A DNA stretch of 64,000 nucleotides from Selaginella moellendorffii (Eukaryota; Plantae; Lycopodiophyta). Position numbers and translations under genes: made by a program. The stretch lies in assembly GCF_000143415.4 (NCBI RefSeq), contig NW_003314291.1, positions 1,069,702-1,133,701 on the forward strand, given 5' to 3'. Positions 37,175 to 49,350 of this stretch are shown one piece after another. The stretch's first letter is position 1. Every line of letters begins with the position of its first letter. Below the pieces are notes generated by a model that saw only the letters and a list, made by a program, of their open reading frames with translations, was not told the DNA's origin and searched no databases.

Positions 37175-38315
37175 CAATATTATAGCATATGGGCTCATGC
37201 AATTTTGAACCAAAGAAACCCAAAAAACGTTGGACCCAAAATATTTTGAAAAAACCCAAAAAACCCTAAACATTTTAAACCCAAAAATCCAGGCGTCCTG
37301 TGGCGTTATTCCTTGAATAGCGTGTGGGCGCATGCCATTTTCAGGGCCAAATGCTGAATGGAGAAAAATTCCCTTTCAGTGCAAATGCTGCAAGAGGCAG
37401 ATGCTGAGCACAAAGGACTGTAACTACCTCACATGACACAGATAAACTTTTCTCTATTTGGGAAAGATAAACTTTATAGCGTGTGGGCTCATGCAATTTT
37501 GAACCCAAAAAATGCACCAAAAAATTCTCGGCGTCATCTGGCGTTATCTCTTGAATGGCGTGGGGCCGCATGCCATTTTCAGGGGCACATAGGAGTATAT
37601 TCCTAGGATATTCTGACACGCGCGAGATTTTTTTGAGTTTTCTGGAGATCCAACCGTTAGATCGCAACTAGATTTTACAGAATGGTATACAATGTCTTTC
37701 TTGATGACCCTGCAAAGAAGCATCTCGATCGGACACCACATGAGACCACACGAGCCTTACAATGTTTCAGGGGCATTTGCCATAGATCCGACCGTTATTT
37801 TGCTCCAAGATTTTACAGTTTGGTGTGCATTGACCTTTCCATCGACACTGCAAAGGGACATCACAATCAGATGTGGGATCACAAGAAACTAACTTCACTA
37901 ACTCTGGTTTCACCAAGATCTACGTAAGGAGTTATGAAATGAAAGGACCCTCTCTATTGAATTGTGTTTATGGTCCTATAGCTATAAACAGCTATAAACA
38001 TGACGGGATGCAAATAGATTACTAGGCTGGTCCTGCGAAAATCAAAAACCATAATTGAAAACATTGAAAATGCAAAAAGAAAGGTTTATAATATTTTTGA
38101 ATTTTAAGCAACCAAAGGAATGTAAGTAGGGCATGTGTTTGTAAGTTTAAAAATGCCTCAACCACTTAAATTCCCAAGTAAATAAAGCTATTTCTATTTT
38201 TGGTACAGGTAAACTTTATAGCGTGTGGGCTCATGCAATTTTGAACCCAAAAATGCACCAAAAAATGCTTGACTAGCATTATTCTTTGAATGGCGTGTGG
38301 CCTTATATTGCCATA
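37175..38315. repeat. Three ~130-160-bp direct repeats, each pairing two palindrome copies
   Basis: TATAGCGTGTGGGCTCATGCAATTTTGAACC...TTGAATGGCGTG units at ~37180, ~37475 and ~38215; mirrored in copy 2. Confidence 0.75.
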
Positions 38316-38684
38316 AATGGACGTACACACAGAGCATAATTATTCCTTTACACGGCGAATAATCTTGGCGCAGATCGCTGACATGGCATGGCAAAGTTCG
38401 AATCACTGACATGGTACAGCTGGATCGAGGCAAGGACATGATGTGACAAAGTTCAACCTCCGACAGCAAAGTCTAGAAGCTACTCAGTTTGAAATTTGTC
38501 AGAGGAGTCATAAGATCTAGTTTGTCAGAGGATTTGATGTGACATTCAAGCGTGTGTTATTTTTGAATTCTCGAACTCATTCCTAGGTCTATCATTTTTG
38601 TGCGCCGTGTTCTTGGTTCCGCTGAGCGCAGTGAGCGCTGCTTGTGTAAGCGGCGTTGTGGGCTGTGGTTTATGCGTCTACGAG

Positions 38685-38812
38685 CGGTTGCGGCATTGCG
38701 AGCGCCATTGCGAGCGGCAGTTTATGCGAGTGGCAGTTTGTGCGAGCGGCGCTACGAGCAGTTGCGGTGTTGCGAGCGGCGCTACGAGTAGTTGCGGTGT
38801 TGCGAGCGGCAC
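38685..38812. repeat. 30-bp tandem repeat (GTTGCGGTGTTGCGAGCGGCGCTACGAG)
   Basis: Directly visible; mirrored at ~57900-58030. Confidence 0.75.
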
Positions 38813-39176
38813 TGTCTTTGGTGTGGCTACCGCTTCCTCTTGATATTCGGCACTTGTGCTTCCTGGTATGTTCACCATGGAATGGCTTAGGACCACATTT
38901 AGAAATGGCATGAGGCCACATGCCATCTTGGGCCCTTGCAATTTCATGGCTAGCGTATTGTCATGTATGTTTTTACTTGCCTACAGCTGTGTGTATATCA
39001 AGATGGCATGAGGCCTCATGCCAATTTTGTGAATGCGAAATTTCACGTGGGTGTCAATAGCATGTTTGAATAATGGCATGTGGCCTCATGCTATTGAGGT
39101 TGTTTGGTATGTTATGATTTAGGCCATTCTCCAATCATTTTTTGTATGGTCTTAACTTCTTTTTTGCACTTTCAGA

Positions 39177-42100
39177 ATGGCCTTCAGGGTTGGGGAAAAG
39201 GTTTACATTTTGAATGGTGGGAAAAGAGTTGCAAAAGGGACCCTTGTGTCTATGGATCGGAACTTTGTTATACACTGTCAAAGGCTTGGGGAAGGCAATG
39301 CTGCTGTATCAATAGAGACTGTCTTCGATGGGAATGTGGTCGTTATTGAACGAGGAGAGATGGTCGTCGGGGTAAATGTTGTTGTTGCCTTGAAAAATCT
39401 TCAGAAGAAAGCAGATGTTGGGGACAGTGCAAGTGCGACGCATGTTCCCTCCGTGGATCTTAAGAACCGTGCTACATGGATTCAGGCAAAGGTGTTTCTA
39501 AACAACCCCAAAGGGGAGGTGGTAGCTGAGGGCTTAGCCACAGTTGTCGATCCAAGAGATGCGGTTGCTAATCAAGAATTGGGCTGGGATGATATTGGAG
39601 TTGCGATTTTAGAGGTTGTTGACATAGAAGAAAACAGTCTGACTATTGGAAGCATTGTGCGGTTGAAATTGAGGCACTTAGTGTTTGAGAATGTGAAGGA
39701 TTCACAATCAAACACCACTACAATTGATGACAGAACATCTCTTCATGGGAAAAGAAAGTACACCTTCCTAAAGCGCAGCCAAAGGGATCTGAGCAATGAA
39801 CCGAAAAGGCAGAAAATGGCGATGGAGGTTCGAATGGTCTCGACAGTTGCTTGTTGCAAGAGGAGGTGCTGTCAACATGCTGATTGGGATGCTATTGAAG
39901 AGGAGAAAGCAAGATACAAGACATTGTCCTGGAAGGCAGCTCGCAATTTTGTGTATGAGGCATTACGGTCATCTGTTGATGCTTCAGAACATTAGGTGGG
40001 GGGCATGGTCTTCCAGAGGGGTTTGGTCTGCATGAAGGCATGGAGAATCATTTATTGAGTCCCTCGAACCACATTCTACAGAATCAAAACTGAGTTCGAG
40101 GAACAAAGGGTTCAACAGGCAATCCATGGGAACGACGGTACGCACAAAACCAGGGGTCATGTTGTATATGGAGAGGCAATCTTCAAGAGGTTTGTCGAGA
40201 CATGTAGCGAGCAGCAACCACATAAAACCCGCCTCTTGGAAGATGGAACACGAGACACCCAACGAGTTCTCCCTTCCATGTATACCAAGGGGGCCATATT
40301 GGAAGATGTGAATCGGGAACTCCAGAGTAATGGCTACAGGAAGCTGAGCCAATTTAGATTTAGTAGATTGTGGAGCAACAGGTTCAAGGATGTGAGTATA
40401 GGAAAGTACTCCAGCTTTTCAAAGTGTGACGAGTGCACTACTATCAAAATGGCTTTGTCGAAGAATTCTTGCATCGCTCAAGAGCGAGAGACGTTGGTTA
40501 GAAGGCGACTCGACCACAACATCGAGTAGAGAAGCTGCAGGACTGCATATTATCATAACAGGATTCTCTCCATGGAGAGACCTGACTCTTACCTCTGCAT
40601 CATCCACGACAAAATGGACCAGAAAAAGACGTGCTTACCTCGACTCAATCCTGCCCCCAAGGCAATCTCTTCATCCATGCAGCTGCCTGTGTCTCTGTTT
40701 GGCATAATCGCTCATGGGCATGGTGCCTAGAACTATGGGAACTTCTTTGTACCTCTATGGGGTGGCGGGGGTGCAAACATGATGATTGCGTCCCTAGCAA
40801 AACACTTAAGGTCTCTGCAAAGTGCGCAGACTGAGCTAAACGGCCAACCCTTGCATAAGGCCCTTGTCGATCGAACCCCATACAGGGTTCAGCTGGAGGA
40901 GGAGCAAAGGCTTGCAGTATCGCGTGGGGCCCCATGCCATCCCAGTGAATATGTTGCCGTCAGATTGTAGGGTTATCACGTGAGGCCTCATGCCATTCCG
41001 ACGAGGCTGGTCGCCCGGTGAATGCACAGTCTCATCCAAACGAAGCAGAATCTCAAGGAAGTTCTTGCGGCCGATGTGGCCTTCCACCCCATCTTCTGCT
41101 CCAAACAGACAATGCTAGCAGTGAGAACAAAAACATGTACGTCTTCGCGTACTTGGCGATGCTTGTTGCCAAAGGCATATTTGAAACGGTTACACTTGGC
41201 TTTCTCATGGTTGGGCACACTCATGAAGACGTCGATGCCATGTTCAGTCACCTGGCAGAGTCCCTCCGGCGATCCAATGTCCTCACCCTCCCACAACTCT
41301 ACGATGAATTCCAAAATTGCATCAAAGGCACTGTTGAAGCTGCACTTCTGACAAAGGTTCCAGACTTTAAGGGGTTTGTAAGAGGCTACATCAGGGACGG
41401 ATCCGAAACGCTGATTGGCCACTCCAAGCCTCTTCAGTTTCATTTCAGCATGCGTGACAGTGCTCCAATGATGAGGTACAAGATGAGAGAATGGGACACA
41501 GTGTGGCTGCCAGTGGACGGCATTGAACTCTTCAAGAGAGATCCCATAACTGGGGAACCTATGATTCCTCAGGGTTCCCCACGGCCGATGCACCCGGATG
41601 GACTCAAAGACCAGGAAAGTATAGTGGCCGGGATTAGACAGCATATTGCCTTCTGGAAGAGGGGGTTGGTGTTTAGTGGAGAATCCTATTTTCAGAGGTG
41701 CAAGCCTTTGCTCGAATACTGGGAGAAGATTATATCTGCTATCCAAAATGGGCCGGTTGTATATGAAGAATTGGAAGAGTCCTTTTGGCCAGAACCCAGA
41801 GCACCAGATAGTAGTGGAACAATGTTCTCTGGAAATGCAGTGACAGATAACGATGTTGAGGATCATTATTGTGAGCCGAGGAACAAGAAGCCGGATTCAG
41901 CATTCAATCCAGTACAGGTCTACAAAGGAATGGTCGTGCTTGTCAGACCCAGTAATAAAAAACAAATGATATGGGTGGGGCGCTGCATCACTGATGCAGA
42001 GGAGGACGCGGAAACTAACTCCTTCAATGTAACTGTGGAGTGGTTCAAGCCAAGTTCCGGATATACGAAGGATTGCCTAGAAAAGAGATGGGTGCTAAAT

Positions 42101-42244
42101 CCAAGGGATCTCAGCATGAGCATATCGGTGGATAATGTTGTGCATGGTTGGATGCGGAAGCAGAGTGCCACCATCACCTTGCCAGACCATGCAAGAGATG
42201 CAGCAAGAGCATTCATAACCCGGGTTCAAGGTGAGATTCATTAA
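39177..42244 (+). pseudogene. Sola-like DDD transposase, disrupted copy
   Basis: Colinear with the intact ORF 54467-57535 but has stops at ~39993, ~40056, ~40527 and ~40728 and a 1-bp deletion at ~40957. Confidence 0.9.
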
Positions 42245-43442
42245 TGTTCCTTTACTAAGTTTCTAATGTATTTTATTTCAAGGTGAACAATCCGAATCTG
42301 AATCAGAGGAGGCGTGATGGCATGTGGCCTGAGATGATGTGACATATGCATTTACCAATCACACGTGCATAAATCTAATAATATGGCGTGTGGCCCATAT
42401 TAATGGCACATAAACCCATATTGTGGGCTTACGTGCTTTATGTACCATTATTCCCTTGCAACGTGTGTGTTGGTTTCCTTTTATAACACAACAAACTCCA
42501 TATTTTAGGGTGAAGAGCATTCTCATGGCAAACACAAAATCTGTAAGTGAGGCAGAAAAGGAGACGGAAAAGGAGATAGGTGAAGATGTAGAATATATAA
42601 GTCTTCCAAACTCCCCGTACTATACTCTAGGTGATCATTTTTCTGAACAAACGGCAACATTAACAACTATCGAGAACGCCCCAGTAACGTCAGAGACAAC
42701 AATCCAAAGCAAAACAACTGACCTGGAGAAGGATGATAGTACCGCTGAGAGTACCAAAAAGGAGGTGTCCACTAGCGCTTAGGCTTATAATGGCGTGTGC
42801 CCTCATGCCATTTACTTGATCACCAAATACCTTTTTCCCTTTGCACTAGTATATCTTAATACCGGTCTGAGAAATAGAATGGCATGTGCCCTCAGGCCTT
42901 TTACTAAATCACCTTTGAAAGAAATGCAAGCCTCTATGTCGTAAAAAAAAGGTACTAGAGAAATTCCTTAATAATATGAATGTTATTTAGTTTCATGAAA
43001 ATACACTAAGGGTCAAATGAGTTAAATGACTTCTCCAGACTAGCAATGCCTCTTGCTACACCTTCACAATTAGATTCGTTAGAAAAAGATAACATTGAAT
43101 AATATCTAAATGTTCTCACCATTAAGTGATATGTCTGGCTAATAGGAATGACGTTCATCTTGGAAAGCTCACCACACGCTCAATGAACAAACAAATAGTG
43201 TGTGCGCACATGCCATCGCTCTTCTTTAGCTTCAGATTCGGCTTGTTCACCTTGACAATGAGATTTATTATACAACCAGATGGACTCAGTCTGGACATAA
43301 AGTCACCGCGCTAGTCACCATGCCCCAGATATGTCTAGCCTCTGGACAAAAAACATATAATTTCACGTCATTTTCAAATACTTGAAAATTTGTACTTAGT
43401 CCCATTTTACTGAATAAATCCCACTTTAACGAAATAGAGTAT

Positions 43443-43906
43443 TGACGCTCTTTGCCCAATGAAACTCACAACTCTTCTCTCTACCTTGTAATGGCTGACT
43501 TTTATCACCTCCGAATACTTGTCGTATAGCCAACCAGTTAGCACCAGCTGCATCTGCCATGAAACCACGGAAGTTGGGTTTCTTCCCGGTTCGCTGTTCA
43601 ACAACCTCGGATATACATGTCCAAAAGATGGTTTGTGCTTGAAAATCTTGAACCTTGAATTCAGCTATAGCTATAGTCAAATTGCACTACAACCTATAAA
43701 AGGAATGGTTATAATGTAAATTGGTATAGATCCTTAAAAAATGAAAAACCACTTACTTGTGATCATAAACATGAGCTCCCATTGTTGACCAGCTTGAAAC
43801 TTGTTCCATATGGTCAAAATGGATCCAGGAATTAGCTAAATCCCCATCTCCATCCATATCCATTCGTTGTACAAGGTCCACACCAGAAGCAGGACCAAGG
43901 GTAGAC
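43443..43906 (-). pseudogene. MULE-like transposase, upstream exons (two catalytic Asp, CxxH)
   Basis: GPASGVDLVQRM...WIHFDH...HVYD, intron 43756-43694, FRGFMADAAGANW...CEFHW; one stop and one frameshift. Confidence 0.75.
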
Positions 43907-46900
43907 TGTAAGCCACAAATTTTTCCTTTCCAATTTGCCAGCTTACCTCGTCTATCCGTCCAACACCGCCTTGGCTTTTGCTAAGTTCCCTTGCCAAGGT
44001 TCTCGCCTATGGTACCAGCTCCTACTTGGTCTCAGCTACTCACTGCACGAGCAACGAAGTGTTAGCCACCCATCCACGGATTCCCAAATCACTCCCAATC
44101 CCCCTCCCCGGGTTAGACTGGACTTAAGGTTCGGCTACACTCCCCGCAAGCACAAGCAGCCAGGCACACCAAGCTTCCAGGTTCCTAACATCCTTTGGTA
44201 CCACAAGACTTGATCATGGGACCCTCTAAATCCCAAGTCTTGAGTGCAACACTTGCTTCGGGACGCCGGGGCGAAACACCGTGGCCTAGCGGCCCGGTAT
44301 GGGTACCTCTCGCCCCCCACTTCCATCCCGAAGGAAGGCCCAAGCCCCTAGGAAGGGCGAGGACCAATGAGCCGTATGGTACTCAAGTGGGGCACCACTC
44401 CACATGAGCCGGGAGCACCGCAATCGGTTTCCCTTTCAGGAGTGGGAGCTGCTCTTGAGCACTTCCTTGGATGGCCCCTCCGGCACCAACCAAGTCCATG
44501 CTCACTCCCACCCAAGGCCCCTCGGTCCCAGTCCCAACCTCAAGTCAGTTTGGGAGCCCCACTGGAGAGTCCCTTCTAAACTGGTTCCTGGACCTCACTA
44601 TCCCTACTATACTTTTGGAACCCCCTGCAGCCCCCCCCCCCCCTGGGAGACGCACGCTTTGGGCTTTCACCCCTTGACCCGTATTAGTATTTGGACTTAG
44701 TCTCTGGCTCGATCTCGGACCCGATTTCGGATCCGACTTCGGATTCGGCCTCGGACTCGATCTCGGACTCGATCTCGGACCCGATCTCGGACCCGACCTC
44801 GGACTCGACCTCGGACCCAACCTCGGACTCGACCTCGGACTCAGTCTCGGACCCGATTTCGGATCTCGGACTCCGTCTCGAACTCGGTCTTGAACTCGGA
44901 CTCGAACTCGGTCCCCGAGTCGGTCTTGGACTCGATTCCGGACTCTATCTCGAACTCGGTCCTAGAGTCGGTCTTGGACTCGATCTTCGACTTGGTCCCA
45001 TCCAATGAACTCTTTGTCATTTTGGTCATTCTTTCGGGGTTCCTTTAGCCTACGACACCTCGGCGAGTTGGTTCCTTACAACTCCACCACCCATAGAAGA
45101 AGTTCGATGCCCACATCGAACGTCTCGTTTTATCCTACGACTTGTTGACCATGTCTCCGGGGGCATCCCCCCACTTAGCGGTGTGCCTAAGTTAGCCTCC
45201 CCGGCCAAGAGCCCATGACAACGGAATATAGGTGTCCCTATACTCCTCACCTCACCACGCCCTAGTATGGGGTCGGGACTTGAACCCAGCCTTGCTTTAC
45301 TAGGGGGTTGGGACTCGAACCCAACCTCCGTAGAATACGTCTACGGATTCGACATCCCCGCAGGGAGTCGGGCGTAGCTCCCTACGCCTGGTCGACCTAG
45401 CTAACCCATGCTAATTAGCTTACCTTCGGCGCGCCTTCGGGTCCCAACATATGCCACTTGCTCAACTTTGCAAATTGATATTTTTAATTGAACTTTGCAT
45501 AAGTACATAGAGTTCTGCCTTGCAGAAATTCCTCCACTAGATCTCGCGCGTTCGCTAGGTTCTCCTCCAGTTCCTATGTTGCTTCGCAGTGTGGAAATCC
45601 TTTCCACTTCACATGGAACTCTCTCACCTCGCGTCCTTGTCACTTGCTCTTGCGCGCATTGAGGATGGCCTCGACTTCGTATTCCTCTTCCCCTTGGATA
45701 ACCTCAGGTAGAGGTCTTACTTGGTCCTTGCGAAGCGGATCCTCAAAGTACGGCTTGAGTAAGTTCACATGGAACACTGGGTGCATCTTCCCCATCTCTC
45801 GAGGAAGTCGGAGTCGGTAAGCCACTTTACTGATTCGTGCCTCAATCTCGTAAGGCCCTGCGAACCTGCTTAAGGAACTCAAGATCAATTCATTTACAGG
45901 AATACATGCATTTTTACCTTTGGGTCAACTTTCGGCTGATCCCACTTGGTAGCCTGAGGTTCTTGGTGTTCAGCCACACCTTCTCCCCAGCTTGGAACTC
46001 TACATCCCGGCGCTTTAGGTTCGCGTACTTGGTTTGCCTTTGTTGAGCCCGTTCCAAGGAATCCCTCACTAGATTCCAAATGTTGAGTCTTTCCGCCGTG
46101 AATGCCTCCACTGCAGGTAACTCTCCATGATACTCGGCCACGCCGAGTTCCACAGGACCTTCAATAGCTCGCCCATTGATGACTTCCCATGGACTCACCC
46201 CGATACTCGAATGTGGTGAGTTGTTATAACACATTTCCGCAAGTCCCAAATGACTTACCCAATCGGTCTGGTCTCCCGAGACATAGCATCGCAAATAATC
46301 CTCCAGCTGCCTATTCACCCTTTCCGTTTGTCCGTCTGTCAAGAAGTGTTAGGACCACCAAACTTGACTTAATACCCCATACCTGTCTGTGGGTGATAGG
46401 CTGTGCTGAATTTCAACTTGGTGCGATATTGTTCCAGGAGGGTCCTCCAGAACCTACTAGTGAAGATCTTATCTCGATTTGAGATAATCTCTTCTGGCCT
46501 TCCCCGCACTCGAACCACTTGTTCAAAGAACAGCTTCGCCACACCTTCCGCATCCACTTCCGTTGTGGTGGGTATGAAATGTGCCATCTTCGAAAATCGA
46601 TCCACCACCACGAATATCGCATCGAACCCCTCACTTGGGGGTAGTCCCGTGATGAAGTCCATCGTAAGACATTTCCACAGACGATCTGGAATTGGGATGC
46701 TTTGCAACAAGCCCCCACTAGCCTTAGTCACGGCTTTGACTTGCTGACATGTTGGACATGTCTTTACATAGTCTTGGACGTCCTTAGCCATATCTGGCCA
46801 ATGGTACTTCCTCTTGAGTAAGCCTATCGTCTTGGGCACTCCGCCGTGTCCCGCAAGAGCTCCGTCATGACACTCTTCTAAGGCTACCTTCCTTAGTCCC

Positions 46901-47847
46901 CGTTCTGGAACATATACCCTCGTTTGCTTGTAATAAATGAGTCCGTTGCGTTCCGCATAGCCCGTTTTCTCTTCCGTTGGCAGCTCACCTCTCTGGTGAG
47001 CTTCCCGCGCCTCCAGATTCCTCAATAACACTTCTTGTGCTAGACCATCGTTCTCATATGCTGTCCGCACATCGTCCCAGAAGGTTGCTATTGCGCTGGA
47101 TATCGCCAACCTCAAGCTCGCTTTTCGACTTAGCGCATCTGCCACGATGTTGCTCTTCCCAGGCTTGTACAAAATCTCGCAATCAAACTCGGCCAAGGCA
47201 TTGGCCCACTGACCTTGTTTCCCTCTCAGGTCGGGCTGTGACAAGAAGTATTTCGTTGCCACATTGTCCGTGTAAACCTTGAAGTGTCTCCCAAGGTAGT
47301 GTCGCCACTCCTTGAGCGCCTTGACCACCGCAAACAATTCCTTCTCGTGGGCAGGCCACTTCCGTTGAGCCTTGTCCAACTTCTTCGAGAAGAACGCTAC
47401 TGGATGGTTGTCTTGCTTCAAAACTACGCCCAACGCAAAGTCCGAAGCATCCGTGTCTACCTCAAAGTCCTTACCAAAATCTGATAATGCCAACACCGGA
47501 GCCTTCCTCAACTTCCCTTTGAGGTGGACGAATGCCGCCTCGCATTCCGCTGTCCATACCATCTCCCCTTTTCCGGTTTGGTCTGTTAAGGGCAGGGCTA
47601 CTCTCGAATAGTGTCTGATAAACTTTCGATAGTAGTTGCATAGCCCCAAGAACGCCCTCAACTCATGTACATTCGAAGGTCGCTCCCATTCCTGGATCGC
47701 TTGGACCTTCTCCGGGTCCACCTTGAGCCCGTCCTGGCCCACCACATGCCCGAGAAACTTTACCTCTTGTTGAGCAAAGTCACATTTGCTCTCTTTAGCA
47801 TACAGTTTGTGTTCCCTTAGTTTCTCAAACACCTTCACCAAGTGTTC
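43907..47847 (-). mobile_element. Ty3/Gypsy copy 5 (3' LTR 43907-45080, PPT, chromodomain-IN-RH, cut in RT by the LINE)
   Basis: Near-identical to copy 3, including introns 45866-45917 and 46336-46382. The sequence diverges at ~47848. Confidence 0.92.
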
Positions 47848-49350
47848 AGGAAGTTAAAGTCCCAAAGTAGTTCAAAGGAGGCCCTTGCATGGGCAAAAGA
47901 GGTGGAGGAGTTCCTCCACGAGGAGGAAACGTGTTCTGAGGAGGACCAGGAGCAGCAGAAAGGTAGCACAGCAAAAGAAAAAGCACAGGGAGCCTTGGCA
48001 AGACGTGGGTGGGAAAAGGTGGAGGACAAGTGTCAGACCACACCACACCAAGGCCCGGAGGACCCAGGGGAGCAAGGGGACTTGAGAGTTGAGCAAGAAC
48101 AAGAAGGCTGCCCCGCACAAGGAAAGGTGGTAAAGGAAATCCCGCACACAGAAGCCTCTAAGACGAAGCCTCACGCCGGAGAGTCAGGGAAACGAGCTGG
48201 AACAGCGCTAGGTGCCAAGGGGATGGCAAAGGCAGTCAAGCTGGGCGAGGCTCTCAGCCAGGTGGTGGCGGCTAGGGAAGAAGAACTACGACATAGAGCA
48301 GTGATTGCAGTATTCAGGGGGAAGTTTCCCACTGGCCGCATGGCCATGGACTGGCTGAATGCTACGTTGGAGCAGGGGATTACAATCAAGAACTTGCTCC
48401 CACATGGTCGTGGATGCTACACAGTGGTGTTTGAGACAGAGGAGGCGCGGGCTCGAGCAGAGGTGCTGCATGGACTCATCGATGATAGCTGGGCGGTGTC
48501 CTTCCACTCGTGGATTCCAAGGTTCACGACAGATGACCAGGCACGGCTGAAGGGGGGAAGTGTCCCACTTAACGTGGCACTGTGGGACATCCCAATGGAG
48601 ATGAGGATTAAAGAGGTGATACGAGAGCTCGTCGAGGGAAGCATTGGGCAGATCGCCTCGGGACTAGACACCGTGGATGCGGAGGGCATTCTGGGCCCTG
48701 TGAGACTTAAGGTCTTTGTCTCATCCCCAGCAGAACTCCCTACGGAGATAGCAGTCCTGGGACAGTACGTTCGTATACAGGTGGAAAATGCAGCACCACG
48801 CTGTGGTTGGTGCCTACAGTCGGGGCACAGCGAGAATGCGTGCACGACCAAACGACCCAAGCTTGCTCCAGGACGTCCCTTTGAACTCCCAGAGGCCGTG
48901 GAGAAGCAGCTGAAGCAGCGTCCTCCAGAGCAGGCTCCACACATCCGGTTCCCAAGCGCACCACCTTTCTCGGGACCTGATTCACGGCCCAGAATGTTCG
49001 AGAGCCCGATTGCTGAAAAGGACGGAGAAGGCTTTCAGCAGGTTCTTCCTCGAACTGTGAACATGGTTGTCAGATGGATCCCACCCAGGAGAGAATTAAC
49101 AACCACAGAGGCGGGAGACTAGCTGATGTACCGAGGGCACACGGCCTTCCCAGAGGTCATCACGCTTGGCGATTACCAGACCCGAATGGAACGTGCCATC
49201 ACTGAGTGGACGGGATTTTTAGAATACGCGGTGCGGGGCTTCTCTTGGACTAAGTACAGGGGGAGGCTCACTGCAGTATGGACCATCTCCTCGGAATGGA
49301 GGGCGAGGCCTAGCAGCACGGTTTTCTCTTGGAAGTACGTTGCTCCATGA
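47848..49350 (+). CDS. LINE ORF1 (RRM/DUF4283-like + zinc knuckle), in-frame stop at 49120-49122
   Basis: GRGCYTVVF...SFHSWIPRF...ALWDIPME and CGWCLQSGHSENAC (CX2CX4HX4C). The same frame continues 49123-49350. Confidence 0.8.

Larger units (their letters stand above)
30429..43442 (+). mobile_element. 13,014-bp Sola-like TIR DNA transposon, copy 1 (complete ends)
   Basis: TIRs AAGCTCTATTTCGTTAAAGTGGGA / TCCCACTTTAACGAAATAGAGTAT; TSD TGAC at 30425-30428 and 43443-43446. Removing it restores the host frame FHWAKSVNEHCRCIK. Confidence 0.92.
28649..43906 (-). mobile_element. Mutator-like (MULE) DNA transposon, 3' part, interrupted by the Sola-like element and by Gypsy copy 5
   Basis: Abrupt junction in the LTR at 28648/28649, terminal GAGCTCAT repeats, and a transposase frame that is continuous across the 13-kb insertion. 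Confidence 0.75.

Noticed and set aside
40988-41866. Long antisense ORFs (also 54845-55723, 34481-35089 and those opposite pol)
   Set aside because: Shadows of real coding strands, shared only because the copies are recent; no motifs.
42423-42782. Third gene in the Sola-like element (also 53921-54280)
   Set aside because: Short, low-complexity and without a recognisable domain. It could be a spliced 3' exon but cannot be supported.
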